Shown: piece after piece, positions 1 to 13,705 of the stretch
How the letters are laid out: every line of letters starts with the position of its first letter
Position numbering within the stretch: position 1 is the stretch's first letter
DNA from: the human T2T-CHM13v2.0 reference genome, Homo sapiens
DNA length: 64,000 bases
Assembly: GCF_009914755.1 (NCBI RefSeq)
Contig: NC_060932.1
Strand: one strand, 5' to 3'
Made by a program: the position numbers and the translations under genes
The notes under the pieces: model-generated
Databases searched by the model: none
Told to the model about the DNA's origin: nothing
The model's input: only the letters and a program-made list of their open reading frames with translations

Positions 1-249
1 ACTATGTATGGACAAATGCCTCAGCCTTTATTTATTTATTTTTAAACTAACCAACTAGGAATCTCCTCCTCTTTGACAAATGTCATTTGGAAAGACAGTC
101 AGTGAAGTGGGTCCCAGGTGATTTTTGGTGACAGTTTCCCATTGCTGCTTCCAGATTATTATCAACCCATTATCATAAAAGACATCCTTTCCCTTTGGTG
201 TTATGCCTTCCTCCAATTGCACCTTTGCCCCTTTTTTCATTTGACAGCT

Positions 250-950
250 TTTCAGTTAGTCACTCACATTCCCTGAGGAACATGGATCACAGACTCATTT
301 TAATCTCAATCCTACTCTCTATCATACAAATGAACCTACTATCTTACTATTAACCCTTTTCAACTACCCACCCCCATAGCCATACTCTGGACTTCGTTCT
401 CACTGTGAATGATTCGAGCTCTTAAAGTTGAAACTTTATCACAACCTCCTATGTGACCAGCTGTTCTCACTCCAGCTAATCCTGTCCTTTCACTGTATAC
501 ACACTCAAGTTCCCTGTACCTCCTCTTTACCCAAGTTTATACACTTCCTCCCGAGTTCACTTTTTCACTCCAGTCCTACACTTAACTCCATACCAGACTC
601 CCTTGATAAGTATCCTCAAACTCAGTGCCCCTTGTATACATGCTACAAAAGACCAGATAAATGTCAAAGACTACACCATCTGCTTTCTCAATCTACACAC
701 CACTGGAGAGAAATTTCAATAGTGTGCAGACTGTTGCCAGTACAAGTTAAGTCATGGTCTCTATCCTCACCTAGACGTCAAACCCGCTCAGCAGTTCTTT
801 GTGAGTGTCTTCCCCACTCTGCAACTTTATTCCAAATTCTACAGGATCATCAGCCTCCATATCTAACCACTACCTGCCATCGCTTTCAGAGAGAAGTGTT
901 CTGCTTTGGGTCGGAGGTGGACAGAATAGTCAAGTTTTCACCTTCTTAAT
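250..950 (+). mobile_element. Degenerate L2 LINE fragment
   Basis: C/T-rich L2-like sequence (ccatactctggac..., ctccataccagactcccttgat..., ctctccccactct). ORF 428..949 lies within it. Confidence 0.55.
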
Positions 951-1320
951 AAGGATTCTGGAAGAAGCAAGGTAGTCTGCTATCTTGGTTCTTCCAACTT
1001 AACAAGCTGTTTTGTTTTAGCAACTCTATTCCATAAAACATCATTCTTAATAAATACTAACTGCTTTTAGTTTTAAAAGCTCCATTATTTGCTAATTTAA
1101 AAAACAATCCACTCAGTTAACCATCAAGAATTATTTTACTTCAAACAAAGATCAAAAGGCCATAGTGGCTCAAAGGAACATAGGAAAAGCCTCTGCGTCA
1201 GAATTTTTAAATTTAATCCCAGGGTAGTTTTGTCTTCTCTATGTGGCCTTTAGCTCACTTTGCCTTAGCTCTCCTACTAAAAAGAGCAAAGAAGATATTA
1301 ATCCTGCTAACTCAACTTAG

Positions 1321-1611
<291 letters not shown>

Positions 1612-2825
1612 TGATACAGAAAGTTAATTTTTCAAATTAGCCTCCAGTGGGAATGCAATTTATAGGAAAATAAGTCCTAATCTTCCACAATGTTTTGACT
1701 AGATCATTGACGAGATGAGTTTTTGAGAACAACTGTGTTTCTACAATTTTCTTTTTGCTACAGATGGAGCAATTTCATTGTTCATTCAGCAAATACTGAG
1801 TACCTACTTGTGTCATTCTGGTTTTTAAGGATTTATTAGCCCAATATATGTTTATTGAATGTCCCCTATGTCAACTGCTTCACCGCTTTCATTATGGTGT
1901 ATATTTGTACCCTGGAGTTGGGGGTGGGGGGTGGGAGTGCCAGATGATTCATTAGGATATGACAAGGAAATAGACTGTATATTAAAATTTATTTACTTTT
2001 TATCTAAAGAAATAAGATTAGTTGGAAGGTCAGGATGTATAAAGTATTCCCAAGAGAGGTGATAAATCCACAGGCTTAAGGTGAAGGCAGTGTTGGCCAC
2101 ACTCACTGGCTCCTGATCAGTACTGGGATGTACTACTTACATGTACCTGGCTAAATGGCTTATAATATCTAGTTTTGACTAAATTGGCTCACATAAAATA
2201 GACTCAAAGTTAAAATAGTTCTTGAAAACCAGTAAGATAATGAAGCTGGCACATTTCACTCCAAAGTAAAACATTTAATTAGCTGCACTAATCATGTAAA
2301 AGCAACAATAATGTTCCACTCTTTAAGAAGATGGCCTCTGCATTCAAAATTATCAAGAAAGACTAATTTATATGTTTATTTTATCCACCATTGTTAACTA
2401 TGAATGTCATCATAAAGTACACGTATATCTTTTTGGCTTAAAAAGTTAGCTAGCAATAATATGAAGACATCACAATTTGCAAGATATTTAAGAATATTTT
2501 GTCTTTCAAGATCCATTTATTTTTCTATTTAGAAATGTTTTTCCATGAACATAATAATGAGGTTATTTATTGATAAAGAGTATATCTAAGGCTATTTACA
2601 CATATTAAGGGTACATGTTCAAAACTGTTTACACACTGGGATGTGTGATAAACAAATGAAAATGCATGAAAGAGACTGTAGAAAATGAAGGTTGAAAGGG
2701 AGAGAGTTGTCCTATTTCTCACTGACTACAAAGGAGTAGGGTCAGTCTAAGCTCAAGTCCAGATATTTTTCCAAGGCTATGAAAAATTTCTCATATGGAA
2801 TATTACTTGCATTAATGGTCCATAC

Positions 2826-5286
2826 AGTGGTTTTAAAACACAGACCTGAATACTTTGACATTTCTCTCATCAAGAGTTAGGGACGATATCTCCTGCTTCT
2901 TGGATCTGAGTGGGTTTGTGTTTTAACTATTAGACTTTGCTGTCCACAAAAGCCAATCACCATCTTCCTGGTAGTTGTGGGTGTTTGCTATGTTAGGAGG
3001 AAGATACCCACTACAGAAGAAGCTCAATTATCCTGAGACAGTCATGTGTGAAAGGCCATGTGCAGGTAAATGTTTCTGGCTAAGTCAAATCTTCTGAGCC
3101 ATATAGCTAAGTGAGGCTTTAGTCTGTCGGCCAGGTGAATACCCGAGAATGGCTTCAGTTAACATTACAAGGTTCAGAAGAATCACTCAGCAGAGCCTAT
3201 CTGAAGTTCCTTACTGATAAAAATCTCTGCAATATGAAAATATGGCTCCTTTTCAAGGCTACAACATTTTGGGGTTCTTTGTTATATAGCAATAAATAAC
3301 TTTGACAGAATTTGTTATCAGAAGTGATGTGTTAATAAACTAAAACCTAAACAGGTGGCATTAACTTCGACATGAGGCAGTGGGTAAAAGATGAGAAAAA
3401 CTTGAGGAATCTTTCAGTGAGAAAAGTGAGGAAAATGTCATCAGTAAGTAAGAAAAGTATTATTGGAGGCTAGAGGAAAGAAGACTTATAAGTGGTAGAC
3501 ATTTTAGAAACACTGTTGAGTATAGTATTTTAGAAAACATAAAATGTGCTAATGATTTGAAGAATCTAAGTACATTTCCAGAAGAATATCAAAAGTTTCT
3601 TTGAACTGTGTTTTGTACGTTACAGGAAAAGACAGATGAGTTAAAAAAGGAAATTTGCAATTTTCAAGCACAATTTAGAGAAAGAAATAAAGGAGGCATT
3701 TACTCCTTGCTTAGTTCAAAAATAAAACTACTTCTTAACTCCACTGCTTCCCAGCAAACATCATCAAAGTAACAAAGGTTTTAATTAAGGGCAAGAAGAT
3801 CAAGTCCAGGATGCTGTGAGAATGATGTAGGGTCACAGTGAGTGTGGACTCAGGGTATGACGATGAAACTACTTTTTAACATGTCAGAAGATTTAAGGGA
3901 GTATGTCATTGATCATTCTAGTAAAAATAAAAGCATCACAGGGATTTAAAAGAGTGTGACTTATAAATTATGTTTTAAAAGTAGGGCTTTGAAAAATCTT
4001 AAGGGCATTGTCCCAAAGCAGTCTCACAGGGGACCCACAATAGTTAAAGGAGTTTTGAAGATTTTTATGCATGTTTCTTTGTCTAATAGAGTGAATTCCA
4101 ATAAGATTCCTGGAAAATCCACTAAGTTTTAAAGAGAACTGTATTGAAAGAGTATACTGACAGCTTGGACTAAAAGGGTTAGATACAGTATAAAAGAGGG
4201 CTTTGAACTCCTGAAATTCTACGGGGAGGGCTAAAAACACTGTGTGACAATTACTCAGCTATAAACAGAGGCTATTTCTTGTGAAAAAGGAAAAATGACT
4301 CAAATGGTATAACAACAAGTCTACAACAAGAGTTGGTCAACTACAGCCTATGGGCCAAATTTGGGCAGTGTCCTGGTTGTGTATGTCCAGTGATCTAAGG
4401 ATTTTATATATTTTTAAAGGATTGTTTTAAAAAGAATAAATTTCAACAAAGACCATATGTGGCAAACAAAGCCTAAACATTTACTATCTAGCACTTCATA
4501 GAAAAAGTTTACTAGCCCTCACCTAGAGGGTAAAGCCAAGAAACACAGAGAATCATTCCCAGGAAGCAGTAATGGGCCGTGATCATAGCTGGTAGCCTGG
4601 GCCTGGCGAGGTTTCAGAATTAACACAGACCTGTGTCTTTTGTGGTTAACCTATGCCTATTCCTTCATTTTATGTTGGAGGACAGATAGTTCACTGATAT
4701 TCAGATTGAGAGGAACTATACCTAAGGAATGGCATCTTATTGGAAATTTCATCTCAACCAGTACCTGATTTAGATAACAAGCCTGGACCTTGTGTCTGAG
4801 CTTGATACAGTAATGAGATGAGTCTTGGGGTGGGAGGGTCTTCCGAGGAGCTAAGAATAACTTATACATAAAATAGAAACAGTTCGTTGCTTGAGCAATG
4901 ATTTGAAGACGTCTGAAAATTCTTTTATATTCCTTCTATAGAAAAGTGGTGTCTGTGTCCTTTCTCCTGGAAGTCGGGAGCATGGAGGATTTGTGTCTGC
5001 TCTAACATATGGAGTATAGCAAAGGTTACTGCATACATTCCCAGACTAGGTCAGAAAAGGCCATGCAGTTCCTGTCTAATTTTACTCTGGATGCTGTCTT
5101 GGACCTTCTAGGGCAGTCCACCTACCAGCTGAGGTACCACTGATATCATTAGGATGAGTAAATTCCTCAGCCAAATCCTTCCTGAAATCTTAACTCACAG
5201 AATGTAGGAAATATAATAAAATGGTTGTCATTTTAAGCTACTAAGTTTTGGAGCATTTTGTTTTGCAGCAATAGGTAGCTGAAACA
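2826..5286 (+). mobile_element. MaLR (MLT1F/G-like) proviral remnant: LTR ~2826-3307, internal region ~3308-4880, second LTR ~4885-5286
   Basis: Both LTRs have the MLT1 5' motif (aattcttt...ctccc...ttgaatctgg-like) and 3' end (ttttgg...ttgtta...gcaata...aca). The internal region starts gaatttgttatcagaagtg, typical of MLT1-int. Confidence 0.7.
4327..4521 (+). mobile_element. MER58-type hAT-Charlie MITE nested in the MLT1 internal region
   Basis: caagagttggtcaactacagcctatgggccaaat...gcctaaacatttactatct...aaaaagtttactagccc. Confidence 0.75.
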
Positions 5287-5334
5287 GTTCACTATGGATG
5301 TACAGAATATGCTTGGCAGTGGGGTGGTACTGGG

Positions 5335-5729
5335 GCCCTAGCTATGTGACATGCTTTGGCCAATGGAATGCTAGCAAATGTGACACAAGTAGAGGCTTGA
5401 AAAGGACACGCAAGATTGGGATTCTCTTCTCTGGCACCTCCACACCATTGCTATGAGAAGGTATACCTGGGCCGGTCTGCTGGAGGGCAAGAAGCAAAGC
5501 AGAGGACCCCAATTGTTCCCAACATACTGGTAGAGTCTGTCCTACATAAGTCAACAGCCAGCTGCCTCACAGACAAGTGAGGCCCAGCCAAGACCAGAAG
5601 GTCCACTCAGCAAACGTAGACTAAATCACCAGGAGACAAACTTGTGAGCTAATTAATTATTTATTGTTTTAAGCCACTCATTTTGGAGGGTGTGTGTTAT
5701 GTACCATTTCAGTAGCAATAGACAGTACA
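5335..5729 (+). mobile_element. MLT1 (H/I-like) LTR fragment
   Basis: atgtgacatgctttggccaatggaatg...ttgttttaagccact...ttttgg...gcaatagacagtaca. Confidence 0.7.
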
Positions 5730-7277
5730 ATAAAGATTTTTATTGCAAGGTGCTTTCCTCATAAAAACACTGTGTTTCTAATCATAGAGTTGTGTGGACT
5801 GTCTCTAATACACTTGGCATATTTAATCTGCTATTTTATCTTAGGCTGCCTTTTCCTTCCAGAATGTCCTTTACCTTCTTTCTGCCTTTCCTAATCCTAC
5901 ATATCCTTAATGGCCTAGCTTAAATTCTGCAACCTTAGAATCAGCCTAGAGCACTGCATCCACAATGGTCTTATCTCTGGATTCTTATAGAATTCATTTC
6001 ATATATAATTCTCTTGACAATTAACTGTAGATTGCTTTGAGATCTATTTAACTTACTTTTGGGTTTCATTTCTCCCTACCTATATTTTGAGATCCCTGAA
6101 GACAAGTGTCTTGTGTCATACTACTTCTCACCCTTCATCCCAGGCTCTATGGCATGTAGCCCAGTTTAAAGCACGTAATAGGTGTTCAGTAAATATAGGA
6201 AGAAGGCAAAGAAGAAGCTATAGCTCTTGAAAGGATCTTAGACAGGGGGAGTCAACGAAATACACATTTTATAACATTGCTTATAGTCATTTCTATTACT
6301 TCAAATTTGAAAGATAATAGAACCCATTATGAAAGATAATTGAGCAATTTGGTGCAGGGTCGGGGGTGGGAGGAAAATCTGCTGAAATCTTGAATATTTT
6401 CAGTGAATCACAGTGTTTATGGGTAAAAAGGTATTAAACAATTGCTGTCAGGCTTGACTATCCGCCAAATGACTGATCATAATGGCATAGCTGTATTTCC
6501 CAACTTGGAGATTTTGCAAGTTATTAATAAACTTTGCAATATTTACCAGGTGTTTGGTTAACGCATGCGTATATAAAGAGTTAGCAAATATTTATATTCC
6601 ACAGAAATCCTCCCACTGTATTTAGACATTTGAAAAAGAAGAATCATTTTCCTTTAAATAATTGTATTTCTTATGAAAGGGCATTGTATTTCCAAGAACC
6701 ATAACAAGTGTTACTCTGCATCTTTTTGTCTCATCTTTCCTTCCATGGATAATGGGGAAGCTGAATTAGAGCAGTCACCTGCCAAAAATCACATTTTAGT
6801 GACAATGTACCACATCTAATTTTTTTTTTAAAAAAGGAGAAATAGGAAATAATCTTTTAACATCTGTTGAGAAAAAAAGATAGTTTTCTTTATACCCAAT
6901 CTACTTTAATTTTACTTTCAAGGAAAGGTAAGCACATGTATTAATTTATCTTTCCTCTTCATTTTGAGTAGGATTTAGCCAGTCCTTATATCCAGAAATT
7001 TAAAATGAGGCTAAATATGTATTCCATCATTGTAATAGACTTGTGATGAAGGGGTAGAGTTTGGTGGTGGGGTAGGGATTATCTTCTGAAGCCTAGTAAA
7101 GGATGGCAGTAATCCCTTTCATATTAGTCATAAAAAATTGGCATTGCTTGTATGGCAGTATGAGATAGGTTTGAATAACCCTATCCGCAAAGAATTTTCT
7201 AATTAAAAGTACAAGTCTAAAGCCCAGCTTCTGGTGTTCTCCTGACCTAGTGGCGACACTAACCAGAAGGACCCCTC

Positions 7278-7375
7278 CCTTTGCACAGAGTGGGACACTT
7301 AATACTGAAGCTGATTAATTTACATTCCTTTGCACAGAGTGGGACACTTAATACTGAAGCTGATTAATTTACATT
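7278..7375. repeat. Perfect 49-bp tandem duplication (2 copies)
   Basis: cctttgcacagagtgggacacttaatactgaagctgattaatttacatt at 7278-7326 and 7327-7375, no mismatches. Confidence 0.97.
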
Positions 7376-7880
7376 CACATACAAACTGATATAATTTTTC
7401 AAAACATTGTGATTAGTCATCTGTCACCTCCTCCTCGTGACAATTAAAACAGTAAAGCTTGCCTATCAAAAGGAGAATTATCCCAGGAATAACTGGGTGG
7501 ATAAGGGATACCCACTGAAATCCCAAGTCATGCCTCCAGGGCGAGTATCCTACATTTAGCCTGTGTGAAAGCTCCCCCTAGAGGAGCTCAAAACAACTGC
7601 ACAACACAACTGAAAGGTTCCATCACCAGCTCCTGTCCTTCAGAAGAAAAGGCAAAGGGAACAAAGTCTTCATAAACATTTCTGCCAAAAATTACTTTAC
7701 AAAAGTATTTTTTGCTTCCATCCAAGATCTTTTCTTATTCAACTGGCACCTCTAATATGAAATAAGACACAAATAATGAACCACACCACCATGCGAACCC
7801 TGTTGTAGTTAGGACTTACCTCCTTCAACCAACTGGAGAAAATGCCAGTGTAAAAAAAGTAAATAAATAACCTTGTCCTA

Positions 7881-7882
<2 letters not shown>

Positions 7883-7926
<44 letters not shown>
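7883..7926. repeat. (GT)22 microsatellite
   Basis: Read directly. Confidence 0.97.
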
Positions 7927-7929
<3 letters not shown>

Positions 7930-9516
7930 CTACTGCCAATAATCAGTTGCTTTATATTCTAAAAATGACATGAAGGGAAAAAGATACTTCTTGACAAAAG
8001 CGTGTAATTAATTGAAAAAGATTTATTTGACTACATGAGAATCTGGAGATTCTACTGTTTATTCAAGATGAGCATACCATGCAGCTGACTCTTACTGAGG
8101 GTTTGAAAGAATTAGGAGATTTCCTTGTAGTCTATGGTCTTAAGTAACCATTCTCCTCTAGGATAAACAGGCTTCTTTTCCAAGTATGTTTTAAGAGTGA
8201 GCTATCTAATCTGCCCACATAAGTCAAATAAGCAAACCTCCGGGGCACATTCCACACGCAGAAGTGGCAGCTCACAGGTTGGGATCTGCCTGTTATGTGC
8301 TAAACTGAAGAGAGGGTTTCAACAGACTAATAGAGCCTGAGGCCTCAGATGATGACTCATATGGATCTTCCATTAAAATTGTCTAAACTAAACTGTTTTG
8401 ATGTTCTCATTTATCTAGCGTGGCTTTCCCCCTTTTTTTTTCTTTAAAGTGTTTGGAGACATTTCTCACAGCACAGTGAAGAACAGACATCAGTGCTCAG
8501 TGTTATAAAAGGAGAATAGGGTTTTCTATCAGATTAGGGAAGCTGGGTTCCAATAATAGTTTAATAGTTCCTACTGAAGTAGAATCAAGGAGGCATCTTG
8601 CAGTATATACCACCCATCTAAATCATAGCATAACATAAATGCTGGATGTAGAGGAAAACAGAGAAAATGTTATATGAAGTGATGAGCTTCATAATTACGT
8701 TATCCTTAACCATATTAACTATTGTTATTATTATTAACTATTACTACAATAAGTTAATTGGACCTGGGAAAGAATTTAGGCTAACAGGCATCAACTCTTT
8801 TTTTCAGGGCATATGACCCAAATTCTGGCAAAGGATAATCCATAACAGCACACTTTTACTTAGTATATCTCTAACATGCCCTAGAGAGTCAGGTGGAATC
8901 AAGAAAATCTTTAAACTTGAGCAGAATCAAATAACAAAGACTAGTTTCATCTGAAATAACACCTTGCTAGTTGAAATAAATATTGCAGCTGTCAAAATTC
9001 CAGATAGAAGGAATTGTCCTACGTGAAAATCAAACCATCCAATGGTACACAATTTCATTCATTTGGGCTTGATTAGCCTGACCAGTATTACTCACGATAA
9101 CCAGCACAATGGAACCCAAGTATAATCCCTGAACCCCACTTAACCTTATTCAGTGCATCCAAGCTTGTTTTCCTCCAGTATTTTCATCCAACTCTCTTCT
9201 TCCACCCCTTCAATCCTTAGCATCTATATGTATTTGAAGAGTAATTTGCCATATGTTATTTGTGATTTTACAATAATCTGATTTTGATGATTCAGTTAAC
9301 TTTTTGCATTTTCATTTCTCAAAGTGTTTCCAGATATTCCAGAGGGTTTTTTTTTCCATGTGAGCAAACTTGGGGAAAAAAATGCAGCAGATAAAAATTT
9401 CTGAACATCACCCCGGTTTTTAATTTTTATAAATGGAGCTAAGTGAAACTAGGTTAATGAAGAAATGTAGTGAACACATGTGTTTGTGCTAAAGATTATT
9501 GTTTCCAGAAGAATAG

Positions 9517-9882
<366 letters not shown>

Positions 9883-10871
9883 TAGTAGATAGAGCTGGCC
9901 ATCTAGTAATAGCTCAGCAAATGTTTATTGAGTAAATTAATGAACACTAATTTAAAGATAATTGAACAATTAGTAGGTAATGAATGATCTGTAAATTAGC
10001 AACTTATAATAAATTACAAATTATTTAGCTAATCAGTAAATAATTAAACTTCAATAGAGATAATGATAAAATATTCAGTAAGTAAACACATGGCCAGAAT
10101 AAAAAAAGAAAATCCCCTAAAAATTAAAGATCCAAACCACAGAACACATGCAATGGAAAGAAATGTTATTATTTTCAAACACTGTAAGATATAAATGGGT
10201 ACTGAAACAAAATTAGATAAATTACTGAACAGGGCAATTCACCATGCCATCTTGTATAATAATCTATCATTAACAACAATTTCTTTAATATTCATTTCCT
10301 AAATGCCCAATTTAGAATCTTAGTGTTAAAACATACTTGAGAGGTTGGTTTTCTATTAAAACTCCATTGTTTTGGACATGAGGCCTTTGAGCCCCATTTC
10401 AGATGTATGACCTGATCGAATATTCTTGGCTGGTGCACAGCTGACTTCCAGTTGGCTCATTCTTTCTTTTTTTATATTCTTTCTGCCCATCATCAACTTC
10501 ATCCCTATTCCTTCGTGCCTACCGTCTGTGTGGTTTACTGTGGAATAGGACGATTTTTGTAAAATTGAGGTAGTGCGTCCAAATAAATGAATGCATACTT
10601 GTAACATTTATCTTTTTAAACTATGAAGTTTCAAAGCATTATACTATCGATTACCTTCCCAGCCTGGCCTGGTTTCACCCTTAGTGGTTTATGCAGCAGT
10701 CTTTTCTACTGATGCCTTTTACAAGAAACAGAGTAGACCTGTTTGTAGATTCAATTTATTCCCTAGCCTTTCTTTTTAAATGTACTAAAAACATCCAACT
10801 CAAATGTGTGCAGCCAGAGGTGATAAAGAAGAAGGGATATAGACTGCAAAAGCTCCCCAAAAGAAAAGCCA

Positions 10872-11335
<464 letters not shown>

Positions 11336-11675
11336 CTAATTATCTCAAAAAAGGATTACTGTATAATTTTCCTTTCTCTTCTATTTCTAATTAAAGGTAA
11401 CAATTTCTCTTGGTGATTAATATCTTCCACATTAATAAGGAATGACTATGCCTGACATAATTTACATCATTCTAGATTCCTGGTTCTCCTAGGACAATCT
11501 CATTCTTGGTGTCAAAAGTCTTCCCCTCTAGTTTGCATGTTAACAGCATAGAAGGCTCTATTCTAGTCAACTGTGAATGTGCTGAGTATTTAATTGACAA
11601 AGCAAAAATGATGGAAGGAATTGTCCTTGAACTGGAAGCAGAAAAAAAAAAGCCTTAGGTGTCAGAGGAGCTGAG

Positions 11676-11694
11676 TACTGCCATCTGCTGGCTA
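11676..11694 (-). promoter_or_regulatory. Candidate CTCF-binding site
   Basis: The reverse complement TAGCCAGCAGATGGCAGTA matches the CTCF core CC(A/G)(C/G)CAG(A/G)(G/T)GGC(A/G). Motif match only. Confidence 0.5.
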
Positions 11695-13289
11695 TGGGGT
11701 CTGGGTCAATTTTTCTTTTTTTTGTCGTTTTTTAATATCTCTGAGCTTCTAGATTCCTCATTTGAAAAGAGTTTCACACTAATATTCTATCAACAGGGGT
11801 CTGAGGTTTGAAAATGTGTGTGAAATATCACTTTATAAAGTTCAAGTATGATACAAATATCAGTGGGAAATTTCTTGTGGATAACAAAACCTGTAAGATT
11901 CTGGGGACTTCCTCAGAATAGTTAACTGAGTATGTTCAGGAAATTGTTTAGAGACACTAAGTGGCTTCCCTTTTATATTCTACAGTGGTACCGTTTTTCA
12001 GCCCCAGCCATCACTTCATCCTTTGCTCTGTAGCTTTCTTCATTTGTTGGGAGAGAGGCTATTCTTTTACTTGAACTTAGTGGGAGCTCATTTTGCAAAG
12101 GTAAGTATATCTTGTCCCCATTTTTCTATGTGCTGAACTGATCATCACTGTGAATGTATTACTAAGTGGAAGTTTTAAGGTTAAGATCCTTATGGAATAA
12201 CTACAGCAGTCCTATCTTCCCCCACTAGATACATGCTTCACCATCCCCTGAAAGATTTATATAGAAGGACACTGTGGCAACATGTGACCTTTTGAAACTG
12301 CTCCCTTGGAAGGAATTCTAATGTCCTCCTGTCTATGTTACCTGCTGTGTACCTACCACTGGGGAAAGATGCTGAAAATTTAATGAATTGCAGAAAAGCT
12401 GTGCAAGCTTCTCTTTTGGAAGAACCTTGGAGAAGAGAGAGGCTGACAGAAAGAAAACTTTCAAAGAAATTACACTGCCCTCAAGGGTGGCATCTACAGA
12501 GGACAGTGACAGGGCCTTGGAGACGTATGATTTCTTCTGCTGCTCATTTACCTAGGTCTGTTTTCACTCTGGTGACTGGCCACAATCATGGGAAAAGTGA
12601 AGAAATCTGATAACTATCAAGGTACAAATTGCTAGAGAAAGAAAATCGGGACTCTTACAACTAAGGGCTAATTGATGTGGAGATGGAAGGTTTGTGGTGC
12701 TATGTTTTGCATGTGCCTCTGTGTGTGTTTGTGTGTGTATATATAGGAGGGTAGGAGGTAGAAGAATTCACAATACAACCTAATAATCTGGGCCATGGAC
12801 CCAGCCAAAGAAGCGGGGACAGGGGTTGAATGGAGAAGCACATGGGACCAGATGTACAATGTATCTGGAAAACAGACACATATACCGCATCCAGGGAATA
12901 ACTGCAAACAGTCAAATAACATATTTTGTATTCAACCACTGACACAGAAATTCATGCACAATGTATTTTATTTTTTAGTGGAAGAGAGAGAACTATGCCA
13001 CCCCTTTAAGGTATGATGCCATTCTTAGAAATAAATATTCGTATAGAGAAAACTATCTGAAAGGATAGATGTCAAAATGTTTACATAAGAGATTATTTCC
13101 GGATGTAAGAATTAGAGGGGAATTTTATATTTTTTATTTTTTGTGTATGTACAGTTTCTAATTTTCCTACATTTAGTATGTAAAAAGGAAAAAAAAGTAG
13201 CACATTTTTAGAAAAGAATTCTAAATTTCTTTTATAAATATCACTAAGGAAACAGATTTGATTTGGGCAAAGGGAAGAAGAGATTAGAA

Positions 13290-13493
13290 TAGGGGTTGGC
13301 AAACTACGACCCTCTGAGCTAAATCTGGCCTGCCACCTGTTTTTGTAAATAAAGTTTCATTGGAATACAACCACTTCTTTCATTTATATACTACAAACAT
13401 GGAGTTTAGCAGTTGTGACAAAGACCCTACGACCTACAAAGCCAAATGGCTCTCCTATCTGGTCCTTTACAAAAAAAGTTTGCCTAAACCCAG
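13290..13493 (+). mobile_element. MER58A hAT-Charlie MITE
   Basis: aggggttggcaaactac...ctggcctgccacctgtttttgtaaataaagttt...aaaagtttgcc. Confidence 0.85.
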
Positions 13494-13519
13494 TTTAGAA
13501 GAATCCTCCTAATATGGTC

Positions 13520-13705
13520 TTACCTATTTTACCTTACTAGTTGTGTGAGCTTAGGGAAGTCATAACTTTCACACCTCAGGTTCCTCATGTGTAATGAGAT
13601 GGATAACACATCTTAGACATTTTATGAAAATTAAATGATTTAATACATAAATGGTGCTAAACACTGTGTTTGGCATATAGTAGATGCTCAATAAATATTA
13701 TGCTC
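13520..13705 (+). mobile_element. MIR SINE
   Basis: ttactagttgtgtgagcttagggaagtca...ctcaggttcctcat...ggcatatagtagatgctcaataaat. Confidence 0.8.

Noticed and set aside
428-949. 173-aa ORF
   Set aside because: Lies in degenerate L2, starts at TTG, and has no recognisable domain or splice context.
1920-1936. G-rich run as a G-quadruplex
   Set aside because: Only three separated G-tracts.
7278-7375. Direct repeats as a CRISPR-like array
   Set aside because: Two adjacent copies with no spacers, in eukaryotic DNA, with no cas genes.
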